Notes: generated by a model from the letters alone, not told the origin. DNA of 64,000 nt from Solirubrobacteraceae bacterium (GCA_049512215.1 JBEKXJ010000024.1:10417-74416); one strand, 5' to 3'. Numbered from the stretch's first letter, positions 40,128-48,591 are shown. Translations and numbers: made by a program.

Positions 40128-40822
40128 CCTGTAGCGCCCTGCCTGCCGGGGGGCCAGCGCCGATTAGCGGCTCGTAGTGCGGCCACCGCGAGCGCCGCCC
40201 AGAACGTCGCCACCAGGTAGCCGCCGAGCACATCGCTCGGCATGTGCCATGCGAGGATCAGCAGCGAGCAGCCGACGGCCGCGGTGAAGATCGCGGCGAG
40301 GACCACCGCGAGCGCGCGCAGGCGCACGGGCGCCACAAGCACAACGCAGAGCGCGAGCGCGGCGGCGGCTGTCGCGTGGCCGCTCGGCCATGATGCAGGA
40401 CCGATGTGGACCCCGGCCACCTGCGCGTGGGGATGGGCGAGCAGCGGCTTGAGCGTCTCTGAGGTCAGGGGAGCGAGCCCCATCACGGCCACGACCGCCA
40501 GCGCGACCCGCGGACGGCCGCCTGCAATTGCGCCGGCGACGAGCGCCGTGCCCCACAGGACGAAGAGGAGCGGATCGAGCAGATGGATCAGGAAGCTCGC
40601 CACCACTTCCACTCGAGGCTGGCTCAGCAGGGTGAAGTCGTGGAGCAACAGTGCATCCCTGATCTGGATCGCGGGCACGAGCTCGGCGAGCACCCAGACC
40701 AGGGCCAGGCCGAGGACGCACAGCCCGGCGATGCCCAGCGCGCCGAGCGCGCGCGGGCGCTCGGAGGGGGTCCTCAAGTTCCGCGCCGGCACAGCCGCGG
40801 CCGCGTAAGTGTGTCCTTGCAT
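40124..40822 (-). CDS. PAP2-family membrane phosphatase
   Basis: Polytopic membrane protein with KPLL.., WPSGH and AWHMPSDVLGG, a degenerate acid-phosphatase three-part motif. Lies 63 bp downstream of the ECF operon on the same strand. Confidence 0.7.
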   Translation of the reverse strand: MQGHTYAAAAVPARNLRTPSERPRALGALGIAGLCVLGLALVWVLAELVPAIQIRDALLLHDFTLLSQPRVEVVASFLIHLLDPLLFVLWGTALVAGAIAGGRPRVALAVVAVMGLAPLTSETLKPLLAHPHAQVAGVHIGPASWPSGHATAAAALALCVVLVAPVRLRALAVVLAAIFTAAVGCSLLILAWHMPSDVLGGYLVATFWAALAVAALRAANRRWPPGRQGATG

Positions 40823-40885
40823 GCTCCAAACAGGTTATGACGGTCGCTAAAGCGCGGCTGAACAGGGGCTGTGCGTTCTGATCCG

Positions 40886-42793
40886 CTAGCGAATAACGGG
40901 CGTGAGCGCCACACCGACGAGCGCGCCCATCGCACGCGCCAACGCGTCGAGACCGCGGCTTTGAGCTTTAGAGGTCCCCGCCCCCGCCGCGTCCGGGCCG
41001 GCTGCGCGTGCGTGCGCGCCCGCCCCCGACGCAGAACGCCCGGCGCGGCCTGCGCCGCGCGGGCGACCCGCGGGCAAGGCGGCGGGGTGAGCGCTCGCTC
41101 GCGGCGCTGAAGCTCGCTCGGGGCCGATCGGGAATGGTCTTTCAGCGAGCGCAATCAGGGCCTGCGCGGTCACCCATACCGGTGTCTGCGTTCCCGTCCG
41201 GGAGTAGCGGACGCTTCCATCGCCCGCAACCAGGCTCTCCAGGTAGGCGAGCGGTGAGCGGCTGCCCGCGCGGGTGACCGTTCTCGGGTTGCGCCCCGCG
41301 GCTACGAGGCCCTGGATCGCCCATGCCGTCGACTGCGCGTTGGATTCGCCGCCGTGTTCCTGGGGGTAGCCGCCGTCGAGGTTCTGGGCGCGAACCAGGA
41401 ACCCGGCCGCGCGGGCGACCGACGCGCTCGAGCGCATGCCCGCGTCCGCGAGACCCTGCAACGCCGCAGCTGTGTCATCGACGTCGCTGCCCCCACCGCG
41501 GGGGCCGAAGCCGAAGCCGCCGTCGGCATCCTGCTGCCTCGCCAGCCACCGGCCGGCTGCGCTGAGGATCGGGTTCGCGGCTTGATATCCGGCCGCGCGC
41601 AGGGCGAAGATCGCAAACGCCGTGATGTTGCTGAGATCGCCGAACGAGCCGTCTCGCGCCCGGTAGCGCAGCAGCTCGGCCACCGGGTCGGCACCCGCAA
41701 GAGAATGGACTGACGCGCCGCAGGCGTGGAGCGCGAGGATCGTACGCTCCAGATCGCCCGCGCCCTGCAGGCTCGAGGCTTCGCCGCGCAGGGCGTCCAG
41801 GATCGTGTGTCCGCCGCGTCTGAGGCTCAGCGGATCATGTCCGACCGCCGCGAGGCCCATCGCCACCCAGCCCGAGTACAGCTCGCTGCTCGACTGCCCG
41901 CGGGCAGCGCCGAAGCCGCCGTCGGCGTTCTGGGCGCCGGCGAGGAAGGAGACCTCACGGGACACCGCGACCCCGGCCTCGGCAGCTCGGGGACCGGCGA
42001 GGCCCGCCCTCGGGCCAGCCGGCGCTCCTCGCGCGCGCACGGGGCCGCTGCGGGCACCCGCAGCACGCGGGCCACCGAGCAGCAACGCGCCGGCGAGCAG
42101 AGCGATCCCGAACGATGCGGCAGGACCGAGCGATCGCCTGCCCACGTTCCCCGCTGCAGGCCGGTCGGCCCGCGCCGGCGGCTCTGCCGGCTCCCAGCTC
42201 ACGTGCATGCGCGCGCGCATGCGCGCGAGCAGCCGCGCCAGCTCGGGACCGAAGGCGAAGCCGAAGAGCAGGCTCGCGATCGCGTCGGTCAGGTCGAAGG
42301 GCAGGGCCGAGCCCGCGACGGCGAGGAAGGCCGCAGGCGTATGACTAGCTCCCAGCGTCCACGTGTACAGGTTCATCACCTCCTTCGCAGCGAACGCAGC
42401 CAGGGCGCATGCAACGGCCAGAGGCAGGCGTCCGAGTCGTCGCCCGCTGAGCCGGCCGAGAGCTGCGCCGGCGAGACCGACGCTCCCCCACGCCGCCATC
42501 TGCCACGGGGTGTAGGGACCCTGTCCCAGCAGGACGTTCGAGGCGAGCATTCCCAATGCACCGACGGTGAAGCCGGGCAGCGGGCCGAGCGCATAACCGA
42601 CGACGAGAGTCATCGCGGTGATCGGCTTGACGTCAGGCAACGCCACAAAGGCGTCGCGTCCGAGCGCGGCGACCGCCGCCAGGGTGCCCACCACCGCCAC
42701 CATCCGGGCCGAGGGGCGGGCGCGCTCATAGGCGAGCCAGCCGATGGCCAGTGTCAGCCCGACAACGAGGAACGAGCCCAGCGGCCAGCTCAC
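40886..42793 (-). CDS. fusion protein: ECF-transporter S-component-like membrane domain + prenyltransferase/terpene-cyclase-like alpha/alpha-toroid domain
   Basis: GTG start in a GTGA overlap with the ATPase stop. Layout:
- First ~200 aa: about six TM helices in an S-component-like pattern.
- One further TM (SFGIALLAGALLLGG).
- About 300 aa with repeated Q/N-x-x-DGGF/Y motifs (AQNADGGFG, RARDGSFG, QQDADGGFGFG, AQNLDGGYP, AGDGSVRY), typical of prenyltransferase/squalene-cyclase repeats.
- Basic, low-complexity tail ending in a hydrophobic segment. Confidence 0.75.
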   Translation of the reverse strand: MSWPLGSFLVVGLTLAIGWLAYERARPSARMVAVVGTLAAVAALGRDAFVALPDVKPITAMTLVVGYALGPLPGFTVGALGMLASNVLLGQGPYTPWQMAAWGSVGLAGAALGRLSGRRLGRLPLAVACALAAFAAKEVMNLYTWTLGASHTPAAFLAVAGSALPFDLTDAIASLLFGFAFGPELARLLARMRARMHVSWEPAEPPARADRPAAGNVGRRSLGPAASFGIALLAGALLLGGPRAAGARSGPVRARGAPAGPRAGLAGPRAAEAGVAVSREVSFLAGAQNADGGFGAARGQSSSELYSGWVAMGLAAVGHDPLSLRRGGHTILDALRGEASSLQGAGDLERTILALHACGASVHSLAGADPVAELLRYRARDGSFGDLSNITAFAIFALRAAGYQAANPILSAAGRWLARQQDADGGFGFGPRGGGSDVDDTAAALQGLADAGMRSSASVARAAGFLVRAQNLDGGYPQEHGGESNAQSTAWAIQGLVAAGRNPRTVTRAGSRSPLAYLESLVAGDGSVRYSRTGTQTPVWVTAQALIALAERPFPIGPERASAPRASAHPAALPAGRPRGAGRAGRSASGAGAHARAAGPDAAGAGTSKAQSRGLDALARAMGALVGVALTPVIR

Positions 42794-44529
42794 CGTCTGA
42801 CTCCTTCGGCGATCTCGGGCTTCGGGTGCGAGTGCTCGAGGACGCCGTCGCTGTCGACGTCGCCGGCCACGATGGACGCAAGGGTCCCGCATGAGAGCGT
42901 CCCCTTGAGCGCGGCCCTGCGCAAGAGCTCAACACCCTGCTCGGGGAGCAGCGCGCCGCCTGCGCCCCCGAGGATGCGGGCGGTCTCGGTGGCGAAGTAC
43001 CAGCCGCCCGCCAGCAGCTCTGAAGCCGGCCCGTCGGAGATGACGCGCCCATCGGCGAGCAGGATCGCGCGTTCGGCGCAGGCCGCGGCGAACTCGGGGT
43101 CATGCGTCGCAACGATCACCGCCTGGCCCGAGGCCGAGCGGCGGCGCAGTTCCTCGGCGAGCAGGGCCTTGGCTTCGCGATCCATGCCGCGGGTCGGCTC
43201 GTCGAGCGCGAGCAGCGCCGGCGCGGCGGCGCAAGGCGGCGAGTCGCCGCCCGTGACGATCGCGAGCGCGAGGCGCTGGCGCTCTCCGCCGGAGAGATCA
43301 CGCGGGTTGCGCTCCCCCAGATGCTCAAGCCCGACCGCCACGAGGGCCTGCGGGGGCGCCTCATCGGCGACGCGCTCATGAATGAAGTAGTCGCCCGGGT
43401 TCTGTAGCAGCAGAGCGACCCTTCCCGCGCGCTCGATCCGGCCTCGTGTCGGCTCGAGCAGTCCGGCCGCGTGCCTGAGCAGCGTCGACTTGCCCGCGCC
43501 GTTGCGTCCCATCAGCGCGACGCTCTCACCGGGCTCCACGCTCAGCGTGACCCCCCGCAGGATCGCGGCCCCGTTATGGAGCTCATGCCAGACGTCGCGC
43601 ATGCGCAGCGCGGCCCGGGGGCTGTGGGGGCGGCGTCCCTTGATCTTCAGGCGGCGAGGCTCCACGCCGGCGGGCTCCCCGGGCTGCCGGTCCTCGGCCA
43701 GCAGGCCGTTTGCGCGCAGTGTGGCGCGCGCCTGGCGCACTCCCGCCGGGGCGGGGCCCAGTCCTGCCAGGGTGAAGAGCTTCGCGGCGGGTGTCTGCAG
43801 CGCCGGCGCACTGCGGGCAGCCCACTCGAGGAACGCACCCGGGCCGCCGTCGCAGGCGACGGCTCCACGCTCGAGCGCGATCACGCGGTCGGCCGCGGCC
43901 AGGCAGCGCTCCAGGCGGTGCTCAGCGAGCAGGATCGTCGTCTCCCACTCCTGGTTGAGCCTCCTCAGTAGCCCGATCAGCTCGTCGCCCGCGACCGGGT
44001 CCAGCTGAGAGGTGGGCTCATCGAGCAGGACCACTCGTGGCCTGCCGGCGAGCGCCGCACCGAGTGCGACCCGCTGCTTCTCGCCGCCGGAGAGATCATG
44101 GCTTGAGCGATCGAGCAACTGATCGATGCCGAGCGCGAGCGCGACCTCCTCCACCCCCCGCGCGACGGCAGTCGCTCCGTGGCCACGGCTCTCCAGAGCG
44201 AGCGCCAGCTCGGCCCGGACCGAGCCCATCACGAGCTGGGTCTCAGGGTCTCCGAACAGGACGCCCACGAAGGCCCCGAGCTGTGCGGGGCCATGTTCGC
44301 GCGTGTCCAACCCTGCGAGCGTGACCTGACCGGCGAAGCGTCCGCCGTGGAAGTGCGGCGCGAGACCGCAGGCTGCGCGCAGCAGGGTCGACTTGCCGTG
44401 CCCTGAGAGCCCGGCGAGCAGGCAGAACTCGCCTGGCTGGATGTCGAGGCTGACACGATCCAGGGCGGGACGATCCGTACCCGGGTAGTGGTAGCTGACG
44501 CGATCGAACGACAGCAGGGGCATGCTCAT
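42790..44529 (-). CDS. ECF transporter ATPase, fused EcfA-EcfA' (two ABC domains)
   Basis: Internal ATG (MSMPLLSFDRVSYHY) in an ATGA overlap with the T-component stop. Module 1: GLSGHGKSTL / LSGGEKQR / VLLDEPTS. Module 2: GRNGAGKSTL / LSGGERQR / LALDEPTRG. Confidence 0.9.
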   Translation of the reverse strand: MSMPLLSFDRVSYHYPGTDRPALDRVSLDIQPGEFCLLAGLSGHGKSTLLRAACGLAPHFHGGRFAGQVTLAGLDTREHGPAQLGAFVGVLFGDPETQLVMGSVRAELALALESRGHGATAVARGVEEVALALGIDQLLDRSSHDLSGGEKQRVALGAALAGRPRVVLLDEPTSQLDPVAGDELIGLLRRLNQEWETTILLAEHRLERCLAAADRVIALERGAVACDGGPGAFLEWAARSAPALQTPAAKLFTLAGLGPAPAGVRQARATLRANGLLAEDRQPGEPAGVEPRRLKIKGRRPHSPRAALRMRDVWHELHNGAAILRGVTLSVEPGESVALMGRNGAGKSTLLRHAAGLLEPTRGRIERAGRVALLLQNPGDYFIHERVADEAPPQALVAVGLEHLGERNPRDLSGGERQRLALAIVTGGDSPPCAAAPALLALDEPTRGMDREAKALLAEELRRRSASGQAVIVATHDPEFAAACAERAILLADGRVISDGPASELLAGGWYFATETARILGGAGGALLPEQGVELLRRAALKGTLSCGTLASIVAGDVDSDGVLEHSHPKPEIAEGVRR

Positions 44530-45425
44530 GGGCCGATTCCCCGCCTGCTGGTAAAGGGGAGCAACAGCGCCAAGATCAGCGCCAGGCAAAGCAGCAGCGT
44601 GCCGGCCCTTACGGGCATGTGGATGAGCGGGTAGGCGTGGAAGGAGCCCGCTCCCGACACCATTGCAAGGACGCCGAGAGCAAGGATGGCTGCCGCGGAG
44701 GCGCTGAACGCGACGTCGTGGCGCGACCATGGGCGTGAGAGCCGGGGCGCGCGGGTGGCGGTTGCAAACCCCCGCACCTCGAGCGTCGCGGCAACGTCCA
44801 TCGCGCGGTCCAGGGAGCCACCGATCACGGCACTGAACAGAGCCATCCGGCTGCGCCCGCCGCGCGTGGCACCCTCAGGCCTTGTCCTCTGCGCCTCGGT
44901 CAGTCGCTGGGCGTCGGCCGCGAGCAGTGGAATCATCCGCGTCGCCAGGGACGCCGTGAGAGCCGAACGGAAGGACAGACGACGCCAAAGCCGCAGCATC
45001 TCATCGGGATCGACGGCGAGCCCGGCGAGCGTGCTGATGAGGATCAGCAACATGACCTTCAAAGCGATCACCGCTCCGTAGAGGACGGCCTCCACCGTCA
45101 GGTCGCCCTGACCGAAGGGCCCAAGATCGCCGAGCCGGGCGAACACGGTCAGCCCCTGACGTGAGACGAGCACGTTCACGAACACGATCGGAAGCGCCAC
45201 GATCAGCCCTGTCCGCAGACCGCGCAGTAGCACGCTGCCGACCCCGGCCCCCGCCCCGGCGCCGAGAACACCAGCCAGCAGAGCGAGCAGGGCGAGCGGC
45301 TCGTTGAGGGCCAGCGTCACCGCAATCAACGCGAGAGCCCACAGAGCCCCCACCCCGGCGCGCGCCGCGTGCAGGGGGCTGGCGATCCTGCGATAGAACA
45401 GGAGCGTCCCGATCGTTGGCCTCAT
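44526..45425 (-). CDS. ECF transporter transmembrane (T) component, CbiQ/EcfT family
   Basis: Polytopic protein with CbiQ-type coupling helices (SLATRMIP..., AATLEVRGF). 4-nt overlaps with both neighbours. Confidence 0.85.
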   Translation of the reverse strand: MRPTIGTLLFYRRIASPLHAARAGVGALWALALIAVTLALNEPLALLALLAGVLGAGAGAGVGSVLLRGLRTGLIVALPIVFVNVLVSRQGLTVFARLGDLGPFGQGDLTVEAVLYGAVIALKVMLLILISTLAGLAVDPDEMLRLWRRLSFRSALTASLATRMIPLLAADAQRLTEAQRTRPEGATRGGRSRMALFSAVIGGSLDRAMDVAATLEVRGFATATRAPRLSRPWSRHDVAFSASAAAILALGVLAMVSGAGSFHAYPLIHMPVRAGTLLLCLALILALLLPFTSRRGIGP

Positions 45426-46441
45426 CGGCTCAACTCGGGCACCGGGAGAGCGCCGGTCGAGGTGAATGCGACCGCGAAGCGACTCCCCAGCGTGTTCGTG
45501 TCAAAGCCCCGCGCGGCGAGGTCTACGCCGGTCGCGTCGGTGCCGGTGACCAGCCACACTGGTGCGTCCTTGCCTTGGCGGGTGGCCGCGACGAGGCCGG
45601 CGCCTGCGCCGAGGCCACGCACCCGTCGGCCGTTCTCATCGAGCAGGGTGAGGGTGCGACCCTCAGCGGAGAAGAGCGCGTAGACACCACTCGCGGCCGG
45701 TCCGAGCTCGAGGGTCCGCAGCGCAAGGTCCCCCCGCACCGCCGCCCAAGGAGCCACGATCACCCGGAGCGTTTCCGGCTCACCGCTGCTGCCGATCGCT
45801 GCGATCGCCGCCGGGACACCGAGCGCGCGCAGCCGTGCCGTGACCGTACGACAGGCATAACCACCTACGGACAGGCATTCGATTCGGACAGGCAGCCGCT
45901 CACCGTCCATCCCGTTGAGGAACGGCTCGGGGAACGACCCGACGACGGCCGGCACGTCCTCGGTCTGGCTCCAGTCGTGCAGGTCCCACCATATGTGGTC
46001 TCCCGGGTAGACAGTCGTGGCTGCCGCGCCCTGTTCGGCCTCGACGCCGTTGACGTAGTAGAACCAGTCGAACGGCTGACCGGCTTCCCGTCCCCCCGAG
46101 ACGCCGTCGATGCTCTCCACGAAGCCCCCGCCGTAGCGGGTCGTGACCGCGTCGTTGCGCATCAGGAGGCTCATCGCTGTCTCCTGTCCCTTCACCTTCG
46201 GAGCGTCCGTGCGCCGCACCATATGCGCGCCGAAGTCGCGCGTGACGAGGAGCTGGACGGCGGTTGGCGCCGGCCCGGCGCCCAGGCCGCAGCCTGTCAG
46301 CGCGACGGCCGTCAGCAGGGCGATGGCACCCGCAGCGACGATCCGTGGCGCGCCTGCCAGCAACCCTGCGGCGCCGGCTGTGCGGCTGCGTGAGCGTCCG
46401 CATCGGCCCGGGAATTCCACCTCTCTGAGCATCGCCCTCAC
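45422..46441 (-). CDS. DUF4430 (transcobalamin-like C-terminal domain) lipoprotein
   Basis: Lipobox LTGCG after a hydrophobic signal. DUF4430 core TAMSLLMRNDAVTTRYGGGFVESIDGV...DWFYYVNGVEAEQGAAATTVYPGDHIWW. An unassigned ~190-aa C-terminal region. Start is either GTG 46441 (GTGA overlap) or ATG 46432. Confidence 0.8.
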   Translation of the reverse strand: MRAMLREVEFPGRCGRSRSRTAGAAGLLAGAPRIVAAGAIALLTAVALTGCGLGAGPAPTAVQLLVTRDFGAHMVRRTDAPKVKGQETAMSLLMRNDAVTTRYGGGFVESIDGVSGGREAGQPFDWFYYVNGVEAEQGAAATTVYPGDHIWWDLHDWSQTEDVPAVVGSFPEPFLNGMDGERLPVRIECLSVGGYACRTVTARLRALGVPAAIAAIGSSGEPETLRVIVAPWAAVRGDLALRTLELGPAASGVYALFSAEGRTLTLLDENGRRVRGLGAGAGLVAATRQGKDAPVWLVTGTDATGVDLAARGFDTNTLGSRFAVAFTSTGALPVPELSR

Positions 46442-47214
46442 CTCACCACGATCGTCTCCGGGAACGAGGGCACGAGCCCCACGCGGACGACGCTCACGCG
46501 GTAGCGGCCGGGAGCCAACGGCGCGATAAGCGTGGCCCGCCCGCCGCTGCCGGTCGAGGCGAAGTCGGCGCCGAGCGTGACGATCGCGCCCGCGACAGGC
46601 GTGCCGCGACCTTCGTTGTCATAGCCGGTGACCGTTACGGTGAAGGAGCCCCCGCGCGCCACGGTCGACACCGCAGGGGCGACTTCGAGGGTGCGCTCGC
46701 AGCCCCCGCCTGCCGCCTGACACCAGAACCAGAGCAGGCGCTCGCCCGCGCGCAGGCGGCGGCCGTCGCCCCTCGGCCCGCCCGGATCCCCTGCTCCAGT
46801 GGTGCCCGAGGCGCCGTCGACCTTGTACTCCCAGCCGTCCTGTCCCCGGTTCATCTCACCGGCGAGCGAGTAGACGAACAGCTGGCCGGAGTTACGCGGC
46901 GATGGGCCACAGTTTCCGTAATCGCGCAGCGCGAATCCCGGCCCGCCCCCGCGACGCAGGGCGACGAGTGCGGCGAGCGGCGTGCCCGCCGCCACCGCAC
47001 AGGTCTTCTTAGCGACCCTCACGGTGGTTTCGCCGGCGGTCACCGTGCGGGCGGGCGAAAGGATCGTCCCACCCGTGCCGACGACCATGATCTGGACGCC
47101 CGGTCCCGCACCCGGGACGCCCCCGGCGGGCAGCGCATCGACTCTCACGGCCGCCGCGACCGCGAGGAAGAGGACAGCCGCTGGCAACGACGCAGCGAGG
47201 CGCCTAGCGGACAT
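46438..47214 (-). CDS. secreted DUF4430-domain protein with C-terminal Ig-like/beta-sandwich domain
   Basis: Internal ATG (MSARRLAASLPAAVLFLAVAAAVRVDA signal). DUF4430-like core (TPLAALVAL...LFVYSLAGE...DGWEYKVDG...LRAGERLLWFW). C-terminus FTVTVTGYDNEG...GRYRVSVV is beta-sandwich-like. Confidence 0.75.
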   Translation of the reverse strand: MSARRLAASLPAAVLFLAVAAAVRVDALPAGGVPGAGPGVQIMVVGTGGTILSPARTVTAGETTVRVAKKTCAVAAGTPLAALVALRRGGGPGFALRDYGNCGPSPRNSGQLFVYSLAGEMNRGQDGWEYKVDGASGTTGAGDPGGPRGDGRRLRAGERLLWFWCQAAGGGCERTLEVAPAVSTVARGGSFTVTVTGYDNEGRGTPVAGAIVTLGADFASTGSGGRATLIAPLAPGRYRVSVVRVGLVPSFPETIVVR

Positions 47215-48388
47215 AGAACACGATTCTCGAGGTGCCCCGGGCGAGCGTCGTGCGATTGCCCGCGACATCCGTCCCCCGGATGTCGAGCACGTAGCGCCCG
47301 GGGCCCGGCTCGGACGGCAGTAGATAGCTGAACGTGCCATCGCTTGAGACCTTGAAGAAGCTGCCTGCACCACAGCGCGCGGACTCAAAGCGCTCCCTGG
47401 TCCCGTCAAACGCGTAGCAGCGACCCTTGTACTCCCGGCGCAACTTCAGGCTGATCGAGGAGACCGCACTGTGCGCAACCACCGTCCCGGCGAGCACCCG
47501 CGGTGCGTTCCGCCGCCCGTATACGTGACCGTCGATCAAGCCCGTCGGCTTTGCCACCAGCGCGTATGGGCCGGTGTAGGGGGCGTTGGCCGCAACGCTG
47601 GCGCCGGATGTGACGGCGCCAGCGCTCGTAGAGGAGCCGGAGCCCGAGACGGCCGTGGTGCCACAGGTGCCGTCATTACCCGCATGCACGGAGATGCTGG
47701 CCTCGGTGCGGATCGATTCGGGCGCCGTTACGTGCAACGTGTACTCGCCCGGCGCGGAGAAGCACAGCGTCGCGTGCCCGCTGGAGTCGGTGCTCGCAAC
47801 AGCGGCTGCACCGGTGATGCTCGCATCAGCTGCCGGCGAGGCTTCTCCACCCGCCCCGTATCTGTGGACCGTGACAAGGACTCGTTCACCGACATCGGCG
47901 CCGGCTGACGCTTCGATGCCGAGGGGCAGCGGGGGATTGGCAGGGCATCCTGTGCCATTACAGGAAGGGAAGAACAACACCCGATCGCCCGGTTGCAGTT
48001 CTGCTTCGCAGGCTCCCACGGTGGCTTCCTGTTCGTCGAGCCAGAACGACCAGTAGTAGTTGGTTTCGAAGGAATGGCTCTCGCCCTCGATCGAATAGAT
48101 TTCGTACTGCTTGAACTTGCTGCTCCACGGCCCGCTCCAGTTGCCGCCAGTGGCCAGCTGTAGCGCGCCGAGGGCGCTGGTCCCGGGGCAGGAGTCTTCG
48201 GGTTTGCCGTCCTTATCGACCGGCGTCGTCGTGGTCATCACCTGAGTCGATGGGAGCAGTGTTTCGTTCAGTCCCTCCACCCTGACCGTGACGGTCGCAG
48301 GTCCGGCCGCCAGGGCCACCGATGCAGACATGAAGAGCAAAAGACCAACGGCGCAGAGCACTATTGACATTCGACGAGGGACGCGCAT
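47204..48388 (-). CDS. secreted DUF4430-domain protein with two beta-sandwich-like C-terminal domains
   Basis: Signal peptide MRVPRRMSIVLCAVGLLLFMSASVALA. DUF4430-like core (TSALGALQLA...YEIYSIEGE...YYWSFWLDEQEATVGACEAELQPGDRVLFF). Then GEYTLHVTAPE and GRYVLDIRGTDVAGN modules. First gene after the riboswitch. Confidence 0.75.
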   Translation of the reverse strand: MRVPRRMSIVLCAVGLLLFMSASVALAAGPATVTVRVEGLNETLLPSTQVMTTTTPVDKDGKPEDSCPGTSALGALQLATGGNWSGPWSSKFKQYEIYSIEGESHSFETNYYWSFWLDEQEATVGACEAELQPGDRVLFFPSCNGTGCPANPPLPLGIEASAGADVGERVLVTVHRYGAGGEASPAADASITGAAAVASTDSSGHATLCFSAPGEYTLHVTAPESIRTEASISVHAGNDGTCGTTAVSGSGSSTSAGAVTSGASVAANAPYTGPYALVAKPTGLIDGHVYGRRNAPRVLAGTVVAHSAVSSISLKLRREYKGRCYAFDGTRERFESARCGAGSFFKVSSDGTFSYLLPSEPGPGRYVLDIRGTDVAGNRTTLARGTSRIVFYVR

Positions 48389-48424
48389 CGAGCCAACCCC
48401 TTTCCACGAGGGCTTGTGGGCTTT

Positions 48425-48591
48425 GGTCGGAGGCTGGTCTCCTGGCTCCCGGGCCCACCCCTCCGCGCCTTCCCGTCCCGCCGCAGGCGGATCGGTGGCT
48501 GCGCGCGTTTAGCAGCGCGCCGCGGTGGGCCTCCCCGGTCACAGTGGCGGGTCCGCGCCGGAATCCCACCGGCTTCCCTTCACCACCGACC
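48425..48591 (-). promoter_or_regulatory. cobalamin (B12) riboswitch aptamer
   Basis: The minus-strand RNA carries these elements:
- Conserved core GGUGAAGGGAAGCCGGUGGGAUUCCGGCGCGGACCCGCCACUGUGACCGGGGA.
- A GGGAAGGCG element.
- A B12 box GAGCCAGGAGACCAGCCUCC.
- P1 closing pair GGUCGGUGG / CCUCCGACC.

It ends 36 nt upstream of the AUG at 48388. Confidence 0.85.
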
